The position numbers and the translations under genes were made by a program. A stretch of 64,000 bases of DNA from an uncultured delta proteobacterium (GTDB taxonomy: Bacteria > Desulfobacterota > Binatia > Binatales > Binataceae), in contig CAVZFW010000001.1 of the NCBI GenBank assembly GCA_963774705.1, positions 383,356 through 447,355 of the forward strand, in the 5' to 3' direction. Below the pieces are notes generated by a model. That model was not told the origin of the DNA and did not search any database. It was given only the letters and a program-made list of their open reading frames with translations. Each line of letters opens with the position of its first letter. Position 1 is the first letter of the stretch. Shown one piece after another: positions 22,593 to 38,647 of the stretch.

Positions 22593-23472
22593 CTATGGGC
22601 GCAAGATCACAACGCCGTCGCGCACCGCACGCCCGCCCTCGCTGCTGAGAGTCTCGAAAAAGATCGCCTCGCGGCCATCGTCGATTTGCTCACGAGCGAT
22701 TATCCGCAACTTCAGTTCCGACGGCATGAAGACCATCGCACCGAAGCGTCCGGAAATCTCGGCGACGCGCTCGGGATCGTTGGCAGCTTCGATCGCGATT
22801 ATCCGCGAGACCGCAAGCGCGAGCGTCGCCGTTCCATGCAGCATGATCGCGGGCAGTCCCGCCGCCGCCGCGACCTTCGCATCGGTATGGATCGGATTCC
22901 AGATGCGGGCGCATTCGGTATAGACGTGTGCGGCCTCCGCCGCCACCGGAATCCGGGACTCGGCGCGCGGCCGTGACGGAGCCGCCTTGGGCGCGGGCGC
23001 GACAGGCATCGTCGCGGGCTGTTCGTCCCCGGCCACTTCGACTTGACGATAAATGTTGCCCGTATAGGTCGTGCAAACCGCCGCACCATTGTCGTCAACC
23101 GTTTCGAATCTGGTGACTTCGAGCGCACCCGGCTTGCGGCGCTCGATTCCAGCGATCACCGCGCGTGTCGTAACACGCTGCGGCGGTCGCAGTGCGCGAT
23201 GGATGATCGTGTGATGACTCGCGTGGACACCGCGTGCGGCTTCCGCCGCTGGCATCTTCTCGCGATGTTTCGCGCGCAGCATCAGCGCCGCCGGCCATTC
23301 GAAGCAGACTGGAAACAGCGGATGCGCGATAATTCCGCCGGCCGCCGCGTGTCGAGGTAACAGTCGAGTAAGTCGCCGAGTCCCGCTGCGTAAGCCATCG
23401 TCCAGCGTTCGTCAACTTCGCTTACCAGCGGCTCAGTGGCCGTTCCTACCAGCGATGCGTCGAGTCGCCATG
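22593..23472 (-). CDS. MaoC-like (double hotdog) dehydratase family protein; frame-disrupted 5' part
   Basis: ORF 22593-23282 contains …ECARIWNPIHTDAKVAAAAGLPAIMLHGTATLAL. An upstream segment …LVGTATEPLVSEVDERWTMAYAAGLGD… lies in another frame. The exact start is uncertain. Confidence 0.6.
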
Positions 23473-23565
23473 GCCTAATCTAATTAGCGCCGCCCCGCGA
23501 CGATCGTCCATCGCCGAAGCCGCCTACTCCTCATCGCTTCGCCGTAGCCATCCGCGCCGTTACCA

Positions 23566-26071
<2,506 letters not shown>

Positions 26072-26076
26072 TTATC

Positions 26077-28905
<2,829 letters not shown>

Positions 28906-29191
28906 AAAAAGAGAGTGACCGCCCGGTCTTCTCAACCGTCCACAACCAATCAATTATAGTACGCTGCACCAGATACCGAGTAAAGGGAGTGAACGAAGAT
29001 AATAGGAACACTTCAAACAGTATTTGAAAGAAGGATTAAATGTAGCAAAAAACGCTTTATCTATCTAGGCATTTATTGTTTCGAAAGCCGTCTCCAATCG
29101 ATCGACTTTATAGCGTGGCTGACAGCATCAAATAGAACAAAGTTTTTGATTGAAACGACGCAAATCCATCATCCGCAGCGCTTCGGCGAGG

Positions 29192-30988
29192 TCATTTGAA
29201 CTCTCGCAAGTACTGCAAAAACTCGCGGGGGCCGAGATACCCGACGCGTCGTTTGCGGATTGCTCCGCTTGGGTCGATAAATACCGTGGTCGGGACGCCT
29301 TCGACGCCGAATTGCTTGATAAGCGCCTGGTTGGCGGCGTTTTCAGCCGTCAGATTTGCACGCAAGCGGACGAATCCAGCCGCCTCGCGGACCACGGCCG
29401 GATCGATAAAAGTCGTGCGCTCCATCTCGCGGCACGGCACGCACCAATCCGCGGCGAAATCGATCACGACCGGCTTGCCTGCGGACTTGGCCGTCTCCAC
29501 GAGCGCCGGATTGAACGATTCGAACACAAGTTGCGGGACGCTGCGGCGGCTGTTCGCCAGGATCAGAATTAGCGCGACTATAGAAAGAGTGCCGATTGCG
29601 TAACGAATCACCAGGAACGGACGCCAATTGCGGCCCGCCGACGAAATGAACCCGAGAAAGACGCCAGCAGCGACGGCGTAATACGGCAACATCCGCGTGA
29701 CGATGCGGTTGGGAAGCAGCGGATCGAGGAAATAGAGCGCCAGCCCGACCAGCACGAAGCCGAAAAGCTGTTCGATCCATGCGAGCCATTCGCCGGAACG
29801 CGGCAGGCGCCGAATGTGCCCCGCCGCCATCGCTAAACCGATGTAGGGAAGACCAAGACCGATTGCGAGCGTGAAAAAGAGCACGAAGCCGAAGAGTGCG
29901 CTTTGGCTCCGCTGCACCATCAGGAGCAACCCGAGCACAATCGGACCGATACAGGGTGCGGCGACCACGCCCATCCCTAGACCCATCAGCAGCGCACCGA
30001 AGTAGCCGGGTCGCGCGATGCCCGCCCGCTGCATAACCCATTGCGGAGGTTGCAGCACAAAGAGACCGAAGCTCGAGGCCGCCAACGTCAACAACATCGT
30101 GGCGATAATCGCGAGCACGAAGGGATTCTGCAGCGCCGCGCCGAACAATCCTCCCGACAATGCCACCGCGACTCCGACTCCGGAAAACATCAGTGCGATG
30201 CCCAACACATAGAGGCATGCGAGCACGATGACCTTGCGCGGCGCGCCTGACTCGTTACCGAAGTACGCGACAGTCACGCCGATAAGCGGATAGACGCACG
30301 GCGTCAGGTTGAGCGCGAGACCGCCCAGCAGGACGACCAGAAGTCCAATCACGTAACCATGCGTGAGGAAGACGTCGGAAATCGCGTTCTCGGAAGAAGC
30401 GAGTCCAGTGTCCGTCAACCTGCGCGTACCTCCGTCGACCCCGTGGGCAGCGGAAGGCGCGTCGGTCGAAGCCACCGCCAGGTCGATTGTCGTGCTAATC
30501 GACTTGGGTCGGAGGCATTGAGAGTCGTTACATGCCTGGAAGCGAAGTTCGATTTTCGCAGGCGCTCCGATGTCATGACGGAAGTCCGCGTCCGCGATCA
30601 GAGGAATCTTGAATTGGACCGTACCGTTGAAGACCGAGAGCGTGTCGGCGCCGGCAAAGGCGAGCCTGATCGTCCGTGACGCCGGATATGCGATCGCGCC
30701 TACGCCAACGTGCGCCGGTGGCGTGACCTCGAGGCGCGTCGGGATGTAGTAGTTGCCGGTGGGACGATCTGAGTTGATATGCCACTCGGCGGCGATTCTC
30801 GCGCTTACGACGAGCGTGCCGCGCTGGCCGGCGGTGAGGGGCGCTACGAGCCTGGCCGATTGAATCGTAACAATGCTCGATGGATCGAGTGGCGCCGCCA
30901 GTCCAACGCTCGCAAGCACGAGCGTCAGCGCGATTGCGACTATCGCAAGCGCCCCAGCGGATTGCGCCGGATGGCGTCGCGCAATCAA
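29192..30988 (-). CDS. dsbD: thiol:disulfide interchange protein DsbD
   Basis: 598-aa ORF. It has an N-terminal periplasmic domain (FQACNDSQC), a CcdA-like membrane core (LTPCVYPLI, AAPCIGPIV) and a C-terminal thioredoxin fold (DFAADWCVPC). Confidence 0.9.
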   Translation of the reverse strand: MIARRHPAQSAGALAIVAIALTLVLASVGLAAPLDPSSIVTIQSARLVAPLTAGQRGTLVVSARIAAEWHINSDRPTGNYYIPTRLEVTPPAHVGVGAIAYPASRTIRLAFAGADTLSVFNGTVQFKIPLIADADFRHDIGAPAKIELRFQACNDSQCLRPKSISTTIDLAVASTDAPSAAHGVDGGTRRLTDTGLASSENAISDVFLTHGYVIGLLVVLLGGLALNLTPCVYPLIGVTVAYFGNESGAPRKVIVLACLYVLGIALMFSGVGVAVALSGGLFGAALQNPFVLAIIATMLLTLAASSFGLFVLQPPQWVMQRAGIARPGYFGALLMGLGMGVVAAPCIGPIVLGLLLMVQRSQSALFGFVLFFTLAIGLGLPYIGLAMAAGHIRRLPRSGEWLAWIEQLFGFVLVGLALYFLDPLLPNRIVTRMLPYYAVAAGVFLGFISSAGRNWRPFLVIRYAIGTLSIVALILILANSRRSVPQLVFESFNPALVETAKSAGKPVVIDFAADWCVPCREMERTTFIDPAVVREAAGFVRLRANLTAENAANQALIKQFGVEGVPTTVFIDPSGAIRKRRVGYLGPREFLQYLREFK

Positions 30989-30992
30989 AGGC

Positions 30993-32177
30993 TTAAGCGT
31001 CGAGTGGTTCGCTGCCGTCGCTCGACAGCGGCGCGCTATCGACGATCTCGAGGCCGTAGCCTGGCAGGTTGGCGAGCCGTGGTGGCCGGTCGGTCAGCAG
31101 AATCATCCGGCGCACGCCGACGTCGCGCAATATCTGCGCTCCGATCCCATAATCCCGGAAGTCGGCCTCGGGCGCGTTGTAACGCGTGCTCGCCTGACGA
31201 ATCACGCGGCGCGAACCGCCGTTGTTCTCGATATCGCCTGCGATCGTGTCGGATTCTCGTTTAAGATAGAGAATAACCCCCGAACCGGATCTCGCGATTT
31301 GTTCCATCGCGGCATGCAGCAGGCCGCGCGTATTGCGCTTGGTATAGCCGAAGACGTCGCCCGGCAGATACTCGCGATGCGCGCGAACGAGTACCGGCTG
31401 CTCGGGCGAAATCGTGCCCATCACGAGCACCAGGTGCTCGCTCTGATCCACCCGGTTTCGATAGACGCACGCGCGAAATTCGCCGAAATCGGTGGGTAGC
31501 CGCGCCTCGGCGATAAGCTGGACCATCGTCTCGTTGCGCAGGCGATATTCGATAATGTCGGCGACCGTAACGATCTTCAGGCCGTGGATGCGGGCGATTT
31601 CGACCAGATCGTCGCGCCGCGCCATGGTGCCGTCCTCTTTGAGGATTTCGCAGATGACGCCGGCAGGCTTGAGTCCCGCGAGGCGCGCGAGATCGACGGC
31701 ACCTTCAGTCTGACCAGTGCGCACGAGCACGCCGCCCTCGCGCGCGCGGAGCGGATAGACATAGCCAGGCGTGATAAACTCGGCGCCGGTCGCATCCTCG
31801 CGGACGGCTTGCAAAATGGTCGTTGCGCGATCCTGTGCGGAAATGCCGGAACCAGCCGCACGCCGGGCCGTGATCGGCGTGGTGAAGGCTGTCCCGAGCG
31901 GTGCCTGATTATCGCCGACCATCATGCTAAGGCCGAGTTGCTCGATTCGCTCCGCTGCCATCGGCAGGCAGATCAGCCCGCGACCGAACTTCGCCATGAA
32001 ATTGACCGCTTCCGGTGAGGTCTTTTCGGCGGCCATGCAAAAGTCGCCCTCGTTCTCACGGTTTTCATCATCCATCAGGATGATCATGCGGCCGCGGCGC
32101 GTCTCTTCGAGGGCTTCCTCGATTGAGACAAATGGTGCTCGTGGAGAATCAGTGCGGGGCGTGATTTCACCGAACAT
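30993..32177 (-). CDS. ribBA: bifunctional 3,4-dihydroxy-2-butanone-4-phosphate synthase / GTP cyclohydrolase II
   Basis: 394-aa ORF with a RibB part (…[12 protein letters not shown]…GLICLPM…) followed by a RibA part (…EHLVLVMG…[13 protein letters not shown]…). Confidence 0.95.
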   Translation of the reverse strand: MFGEITPRTDSPRAPFVSIEEALEETRRGRMIILMDDENRENEGDFCMAAEKTSPEAVNFMAKFGRGLICLPMAAERIEQLGLSMMVGDNQAPLGTAFTTPITARRAAGSGISAQDRATTILQAVREDATGAEFITPGYVYPLRAREGGVLVRTGQTEGAVDLARLAGLKPAGVICEILKEDGTMARRDDLVEIARIHGLKIVTVADIIEYRLRNETMVQLIAEARLPTDFGEFRACVYRNRVDQSEHLVLVMGTISPEQPVLVRAHREYLPGDVFGYTKRNTRGLLHAAMEQIARSGSGVILYLKRESDTIAGDIENNGGSRRVIRQASTRYNAPEADFRDYGIGAQILRDVGVRRMILLTDRPPRLANLPGYGLEIVDSAPLSSDGSEPLDA

Positions 32178-32551
32178 AAATATATCCTCGCGGCAGACGC
32201 ATGATGGCAGCGCCTTACCCGGCCGCCAGCCAGTTGATTCTAGCTCAGTCGAGCCTACGCCGTGAACCCCAGAAAGTGGGGAGAGTGGGTGGGAAGGCGG
32301 TGGTTGAGAACGCAGAACTGTAACCTTTCTGAAACCTCATAAGATTTCAGACTTCCCCTTGGGTAACGTCATCGGCTGGCACTCGCGATGCTCGGATGGC
32401 AATGACGATAAATCGCTAGCGCTGGACCCAGCGACGCATCCGAGCATCGCTAGCAGTCCGAAAAATAAGGTCAAATCTAGTTGCGCTGCTCGCCAATCAG
32501 TGAACGATGCTCGCGATCGCGAGCATCGTCTGCAACACTGGAGGATTCGCG

Positions 32552-33871
32552 ATGTCTGAAGAGGTAATCGAATCTCCAAACGCGGCCGAAGCCGGGCCGC
32601 CGAGTCCGATCGAGACGTCCCGCGAGAGTCTCAGCAGATGGTTCGTGGCCTTTCGCGCTCTGCGCCACCGCAATTTTCGCCTCTTTTTCGCCGGCCAATT
32701 GACGTCGCTGACCGGCACCTGGATGCAGTCCGTCGCTCAGTCTTGGTTGGTATTGAAGCTGACCAACTCGCCGCTGATGCTCGGCCTGGTAACGTTCGCG
32801 AACTACCTGCCGATCCTGCTGGTCGCGCTGTTCGCTGGTGTAGTGGTCGATCATGTCGATCGTCGCCGGCTGATAGTGGTCGCGCAAGTGCTGCTGATGC
32901 TGAGCGCGTTTGTGCTCGCCGCATTGACGTGGACCGGCACTGTGCGCGTCTCGTACGTGATCACGCTCGCGGCGTTCAACGGCCTCGTGAGCGCCTTCGA
33001 GATGCCGGGGCGTCAGGCCTTCGTCGTTGACATGGTCGGCATGGAGGATCTGCCGAACGCGATCGCGCTTAACTCGATGATGTTCAACGGCGCGCGCACG
33101 GTCGGTCCCGCGATCGCCGGTGTGTTGATCTATCTGGTCGGCACCGCGACCTGTTTTTTTCTCAACGGCGTCAGCTACCTAGCCGTGATCTGGAGCCTGC
33201 TCGCGATGAACGTGCCGCGCAAGGTCGTAGAGACCGAGGGCATGGATATGTTGCGGCGGGTGCGCGAGGGCATGACGTACGTGTGGGGGCATGAGCCGAC
33301 CTTTTACCTGTTGCTGGTGGTCGCGATAAATAGCGGCCTCGGGATGCAATACGCGGTGCTGATGCCGGTTTTCGCGCAAAACATTTTGCACACCGGCTCA
33401 CGCGGCTACGGCATCCTGATGGGTGTGCAGGGTATCGGTGCGGTGGTCGGCGCGATCATGCTGGCGTGGCGGTCGGGCACGCCGCGCGGCTTGCGCCAGA
33501 CGCTCACCGTAGGACTCTTCCTCACCGCGCTCGCGATTATTGCTTTCGGACTTTCGTCATCGATGACCTTCTCACTGCTCGCGCAATTGTTCATCGGCGC
33601 GGGCCTAATAAATTACATGGCAACGACCAACACGATGCTGCAAATCTTCGTTTCGGACGAATTGCGCGGCCGTGTGATGAGTTTTTACACCCTGTCATTC
33701 ATAGGACTCGCGCCGGTTGGAGCGCTGATGGTGGGCTTTATTGGAGAGCATCTCGGTCCGCAGGCCACCGTGGCCATTTGCGGAGCGCTTTCGCTCGGTT
33801 GCGCGCTGCTCTTGCTGACGCGGTTGAATCTGATTCGGATCGCGCAGGAGTCCGCGGCCGATACGGTTTGA
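32552..33871 (+). CDS. MFS transporter (EntS/MFS_3-like)
   Basis: ORF 32507-33871, probable start MSEEV at 32552. …FRALRHRNFRLFFAGQLTSLTGTWMQSVAQSWLV… and 12 predicted TM spans. Confidence 0.85.
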   Translation: MSEEVIESPNAAEAGPPSPIETSRESLSRWFVAFRALRHRNFRLFFAGQLTSLTGTWMQSVAQSWLVLKLTNSPLMLGLVTFANYLPILLVALFAGVVVDHVDRRRLIVVAQVLLMLSAFVLAALTWTGTVRVSYVITLAAFNGLVSAFEMPGRQAFVVDMVGMEDLPNAIALNSMMFNGARTVGPAIAGVLIYLVGTATCFFLNGVSYLAVIWSLLAMNVPRKVVETEGMDMLRRVREGMTYVWGHEPTFYLLLVVAINSGLGMQYAVLMPVFAQNILHTGSRGYGILMGVQGIGAVVGAIMLAWRSGTPRGLRQTLTVGLFLTALAIIAFGLSSSMTFSLLAQLFIGAGLINYMATTNTMLQIFVSDELRGRVMSFYTLSFIGLAPVGALMVGFIGEHLGPQATVAICGALSLGCALLLLTRLNLIRIAQESAADTV

Positions 33872-33913
33872 GCGGTGCCCGATCGCCGCGCGCACCGGCT
33901 ATAATCGAGGGCG

Positions 33914-35371
33914 ATGGCGGCACGTAGGAAAACTCAATCTCACGGGAGTCCTGATCAAGGATCGCAGGTTTTGCGGATGATGCCGCCGGTTGACGAGTGT
34001 CTTCAGGCGGCCGCGCAAGATCCGGCGCTGAGCGGCTTCGCGCGTGGGTATGTGCGACTGCTCGTGCGGCAGGCGCAGGCAGCGCTGCGAGCGAGAATCG
34101 CATCAGCCGATAGCGATGCGACGACGACGCGAACATCGTTGGTCGAGGAAATCGTGCAGCTGACGCGCGCGGCGGCTGCCGCGGGCGAGCCCTCGCTAAT
34201 GGCCGTGGTCAACGCAACCGGCGTGGTGCTGCATACGAATCTCGGCCGCGCGCTGCTGGCGGAATCGGCGATCGAGGCGGTTGTGCGCGCGGCGCGATCG
34301 CCGATGAATCTCGAATACGATCTCGCGAGTGGCCGGCGTGGCGACCGCGACGCGCTGATCGAGGAGGAGTTGTGCGCGCTGACCGGCGCCGAGGCAGCGA
34401 CCGTTGTTAACAACAACGCGGCCGCAGTCCTGCTAGCGCTCAATTCGATCGCCGACGGGCGCGAAGTGATCGTTTCACGCGGCGAGTTGATCGAGATTGG
34501 CGGGTCCTTCCGGATTCCCGAAGTGATGAGCCGAAGCGGCGCGCATCTGCGCGAAGTCGGCACCACGAACCGCACGCATCCGCGCGATTACGTTGCTGCG
34601 ATTGGTCCCGCGACCGCGCTGCTCCTCAAGGTGCAACCGTCGAACTACCGCATCGTCGGCTTCACTGCCGAGGTAAGCCTGGCCGAAATGGTCGCGATCG
34701 GCAACGCTCATCAGGTTCCGGTGATGGAAGATCTCGGGGCCGGCGCGCTGGTCGAAATGAGTCTTTACGGCTTGCCAAGCGAACCGATGGTGAGTGCGAG
34801 GGTCGCGGCCGGTGCGGGGCTGGTGACGTTTTCGGGTGACAAGCTGCTCGGCGGTCCGCAAGCAGGCTTGATCGTCGGGCGGCGCGATCTGATCGACCGA
34901 CTGAAGGCCAACCCGCTCAGGCGGGCCTTGCGTTGCGACAAGCTGACGCTCGCCGCACTCGAAGCGACGCTCAGGCTGTACCTGCGCAGCACCAATCTTG
35001 AGACGGATTTACCTACATTGAGACTGCTACGGCGCACACCGGCGGAATTGGAAAACGCCGCGACCCGCGCGCGCGAAATTCTCGCGGAACGCCTTGGCGC
35101 CGACTATGCAATCGAAGTGGTGGTTTCAGCATCCGAAGATCGGGTCGGGCGCATTACCGACTGAGGAAATCGAGTCGCGCGCGTTGCGGATTACCATCGT
35201 GAACATTCGCCCGACACTATCGCCAAGCTGTTTCGCACTGCGCGGCCTCCGGTAATCGGGCGCATCACGGACGGTGCATTCCAGCTCGATATGCGCGCCG
35301 TGGAGGATCCAGGCGCGTTCGCTGTGGAGTTTCCAGACAGTCCGGGCGCGGCTGTTGCACTTGCCAAATGA
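33914..35371 (+). CDS. selA: L-seryl-tRNA(Sec) selenium transferase; two frame disruptions in the last ~200 nt
   Basis: ORF 33914-35164 has [27 protein letters not shown] and the PLP-Lys motif [13 protein letters not shown]. The C-terminus continues in other frames …[21 protein letters not shown]… / …[36 protein letters not shown]…LAK* to TGA at 35369-35371. Confidence 0.9.
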
Positions 35372-35429
35372 CCGCGGCCATTAGATAGATCGGCGATGAT
35401 CTACATCCCTTCGCCGCGTGGAGGATCAC

Positions 35430-35648
35430 ATGCCCGACAAGACATACAAAATCATCGAAGTCGTTGGCGTTTCGGACGACAGCATTCATCAGGCTGTCCG
35501 CAACGCGATGAGCAAAGCGAGCCAGACCCTGCGCAATATCGATTGGTTTGAAGTGCAGAATATCCGCGGCGCCGTCCACGCTGGCAAATTGGAGTTTCAG
35601 GTCGAAGTGCGCATTGGCTTCCGCCTGGAGGGCGAGCCGGTGGCATGA
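35430..35648 (+). CDS. dodecin family flavin-binding protein
   Basis: MPDKTYKIIEVVGVSDDSIHQAVRNAMSKASQTLRNIDWFEVQNIRG…KLEFQVEVRIGFRL is the dodecin pattern. Confidence 0.8.
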   Translation: MPDKTYKIIEVVGVSDDSIHQAVRNAMSKASQTLRNIDWFEVQNIRGAVHAGKLEFQVEVRIGFRLEGEPVA

Positions 35649-35923
35649 CGATCGGCTTTCGCCGGTTATCGGGTTATCGATCGAGTCAGCCGGCTTCAAC
35701 GGTCCGGACAGACGAACGCGAGCGGGTCTGAAGTGTTGAATTGTGCGCGCAATTTGGCTGATGCGGGCAACGGCGTTCTGGTGCCTGGTGTTTTCTGGCG
35801 ATGGCAAGTCGCCGAGAAGTCGATTGATGCGAAGGTTGGTTTCACCCGATCGTCCCGCCTATGATTTTACTGGAAGATCCGTAATGCGGATCGCAGACCG
35901 ACTTTCTGGAGGCGGGTAAGACC

Positions 35924-37531
35924 ATGAAGAGCTGTCCGCGATGCGGGAGCACCTATCCCGACGACGAGAGATTCTGTGAAGCCGACGGGACCGCACTGGT
36001 CGATGCCGGTGGCGGTCGAGGTCGCGCGACGACAGTGATGCCCGAAGACGGTCAGGAGCCTGCGACGTCGGAACCCATCGTATGTCCGGAGTGTCATGGC
36101 AAAGCCGAGCCGGGCGAGACGATCTGCAACTTTTGCGGCTACGCAGTTAGCAGCCCGCTGGCGACCGCACCCGCAAGCGCCAATCCGCCCGCCGCCGAAC
36201 CGAGGCGTTCGTCCCCGTCGCAATCGCCCGCGACATCACGCACGGCAGCCTCGCCGGAAAATTTCGTTCCGTCGCGCAATCGGATTACCACCAGCGAACC
36301 GGCAAGACGAGCTGTCCTACGACGATGCGCAGATCGAGGAACAGTCCCTAGGTGAGCGCGTCATCCGCGTTGTTGGTTATTCACTCGCGGCGATTATCGC
36401 GATTGCGGCCGGCGCATGGTTTGCGTTGCATCTCAGCAGCGGGCCGTCGATTCCGCCGGTTGCGGTGAACGTCGCCGGCGGTCACGGCTCCGATCGTTGC
36501 CCTCGCGCGCAACATGCAGATTCAGGTCAAAGGGATCGATCCTGCGACCGCAACGCATCGCGATCGCCGACAGTGCGCGCGCCGTCTTCGAGGCGAATCG
36601 CGACGCAGTGCTCGATACCTACAAGCAAGCGCTCGAGCGGGACAGCACGCTGCGCGACGGCATGGTCGTGCGTCTGCATGTTCTGCCAGACGGCAGTGTC
36701 GGCGGCGGGTCCGTATTGGTTTCTACTTCGCCCAACCCGAGTCTCGATGCCGAAGTCGTCAAAACGATGAGTGAGTGGAAGTTTGCCGCCTCAAGCGGCG
36801 CACCGGCGGACGTTGATTATCCGTTAATCTTCGCAACGGCGAGCGGTGATATCGGCAGTCTCGAAGCGGACCTGAGTACGAGGTTCGCGAGCCTCGGTCC
36901 CAACGAGACGCCCGAGTACGCCTCCGCACCGTCGGTTGTGCCGACGCCGCCAGTCGCTATCGCGACTCCCCTTGAAGCGCGCCGACGCCGCCCGCTGTGG
37001 CCGCACTCCCCCCGCCGGAAGCGCCACCAATAAGCCCGCTGGCACCGCCATCCATGTCGGCGACCAGCCCTCCTCGACATCGTCATATGCCGCGACCGGC
37101 ACGGGTTCCGCCGCCGCCGTCGGTCACCGATCGCGTGGTGCAGGCGCTCTCTGCCGACAAACGATTGCGACGGGTGCAGGCCTACGCGACGGGCGGGATG
37201 GTGACTCTGACCGGTAAGGTCTTCGACGATAACGCCAAGGCAATCGCGGAGCGTACCGTTCGCAACGTCAGCGGCGTAACAGGCGTGATCGATAATCTTG
37301 CGCACCGACACCTCGGTGTGGACGCAAAATGAAACCATGATCAACCAGCGCTTTCAGGCGGAGGGCCTCAGCGGAGTGACCGCCAAGGTAATTGGTGACG
37401 GCGTTTACCTCGATGGCACCGTGAAGACCAATCAGGATCGTGATCGTGCTGCAACACTTGCGGTGATGGCGGCACCGGTGAAAGTGCGAACAAACTTGAT
37501 TCGCGTTGATCCCGGATTCTTCGGCTTTTGA
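35924..37531 (+). CDS. multidomain protein with double zinc ribbon, TM helix, AgmX/PglI (TonB-C-like) domain, Pro-rich linker and two BON domains; at least 4 frame disruptions
   Basis: Colinear fragments are 35924-36355 (CPRCGSTY…CPECHG…CNFCG), 36096-36770 (TM VVGYSLAAIIAIAAGAWFAL), 36416-37033 (…VFEANRDAVLDTYKQALERDSTLRDGMVVRLHVLPDGSV…WKF…YPLIF), 36997-37332 (BON: …VQAYATGGMVTLTGKV…VSGVTGVIDNL) and 37298-37531 (BON: …VTAKVIGDGVYLDGTV…). Confidence 0.6.
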
Positions 37532-37572
37532 TTCGGCTCGCGCTGCGATATACTCGTGAGGCGAATGCGGTA

Positions 37573-37601
37573 TTGACATTATTTTGCCCCGGCGCTTATA
37601 T
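37573..37601 (+). promoter_or_regulatory. near-consensus sigma-70-type promoter upstream of the SCP2 gene
   Basis: TTGACA (37573-37578), a 17-nt spacer, then TTATAT (37596-37601). AGGAGG at about 37638 and the ATG at 37656 follow. Confidence 0.45.
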
Positions 37602-37655
37602 GGCGTGCAGAGAGTGTCCCGGTTTTTGCCCCCACCAGGAGGAACTCTATTCGAA

Positions 37656-37989
37656 ATGGCTGACGCCGCCGCCTAGCAGTTGTAAGCAAGCGTTCGAATT
37701 GATGCCGAGCCGCTTTAACAAAGAAGCTGCGAAGGGGCTCAACGCGATTTATCAATTCGATCTCTCCGGGGATGGTGGCGGCAAATGGCAAGTGCAGATT
37801 GCCAACGATCAATGTGAGGTGAAAGAAGGGGCTCATCCGTCTCCCAACATCACCATCTCGATGACCGCGCAGGACTACCTCGATATGCTGGCCGGCAAAC
37901 TCAACGGTCAGATGGCCTTTATGACCGGAAAGCTCCGCATTGCGGGAGATATGGGCTTGGCCTTGCGCATGCAGAGTATTTTTGCGTAG
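37656..37989 (+). CDS. SCP2 sterol-carrier-like domain protein; probable frame slip in codons 5-7
   Basis: A good RBS (caccAGGAGGaac) precedes ATG 37656 (MADAAA*). The SCP2 body lies in the adjacent frame of ORF 37528-37989 (…SSCKQAFELMPSRFNKEAAKGLNAIYQFDLSGDGGGKWQV…MTGKLRIAGDMGLALRM). Alternatively the start is the internal Met at about 37701. Confidence 0.75.
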
Positions 37990-38292
37990 GGTGAATATAC
38001 TACTCCGATGATCGACATTGGGCCCAGATAGACGGGCCATCATGGATTGACCGCTAGCCGAATACCTTCCAGCAAAAAATCATTTCAAGCGAACGGCTCC
38101 GCACTAGTACGGAACTCGGTACGAGGTGCCTAGCGAATCGATATTCCAACAGCACAAATGGCTGCCGCATAAGCGCAACTGCGCTACAAGTTCAAGCGAA
38201 AACGCGTCACGCCCTGATCGCGATAATTCGATCGCCGCAGTAACGTGAACGATAATCGAAAACCCAACAACGAGAGGACCCATAGGAATCAG

Positions 38293-38637
38293 ATGAGTGC
38301 GCAGGATTTGACGGACGAAACCGTCAGCGAGGAAGCAACTGAACAGGAAGATGAGCGGAACCGCGATTTGCTGGCTTCCAAGCTCTCGAAGGAACTCAAC
38401 AATTGGCGACGCAAGCGAACTACCGGCGGGCGGCCCCGGCACGACGACGGTGGCCTCAATTCGGCCTTCAAGACCGAATCGGCTCGCACCATCAAGGTGC
38501 GTGGTCACGAGACGCTCGTCGTGCGCAAGCCAAAGCTTACTGCGAAGCCCTCGCCGACGCCCGATCGTAACGACCCAGTAGGATTCTCCTCAGCCCATCA
38601 GTTGAATCTCGGGCATAGCCGAGATCACGCTAACTGA
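38293..38637 (+). CDS. hypothetical protein with an acidic N-terminus and a basic middle region
   Basis: ORF 38245-38637 with coding-like GC3 from MSAQDLTDETVSEEATEQEDE…. No recognisable family. It lies in a locally lower-GC patch, and the competing antisense ORF 38104-38508 cannot be excluded. Confidence 0.3.
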   Translation: MSAQDLTDETVSEEATEQEDERNRDLLASKLSKELNNWRRKRTTGGRPRHDDGGLNSAFKTESARTIKVRGHETLVVRKPKLTAKPSPTPDRNDPVGFSSAHQLNLGHSRDHAN

Positions 38638-38647
38638 CGCGGGTCGA

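Noticed and set aside
32178-32340. FMN (RFN) riboswitch expected upstream of ribBA on the minus strand.
   Set aside because: I read both strands of the leader. I could not find the conserved RFN core (…GGGGCAGGGTGAAATTCCC.ACCGGCGGT… / …CCGACGGT.AAGTCCGGATG…). A covariance-model scan would be decisive, but by eye there is no support.
33872-35430. tRNA-Sec (selC) or selB adjacent to selA.
   Set aside because: The flanks of selA are too short, at 42 nt upstream and about 50 nt downstream. The downstream gene is a dodecin. I saw no ~95-nt tRNA-like sequence with a UCA anticodon context anywhere in the window.
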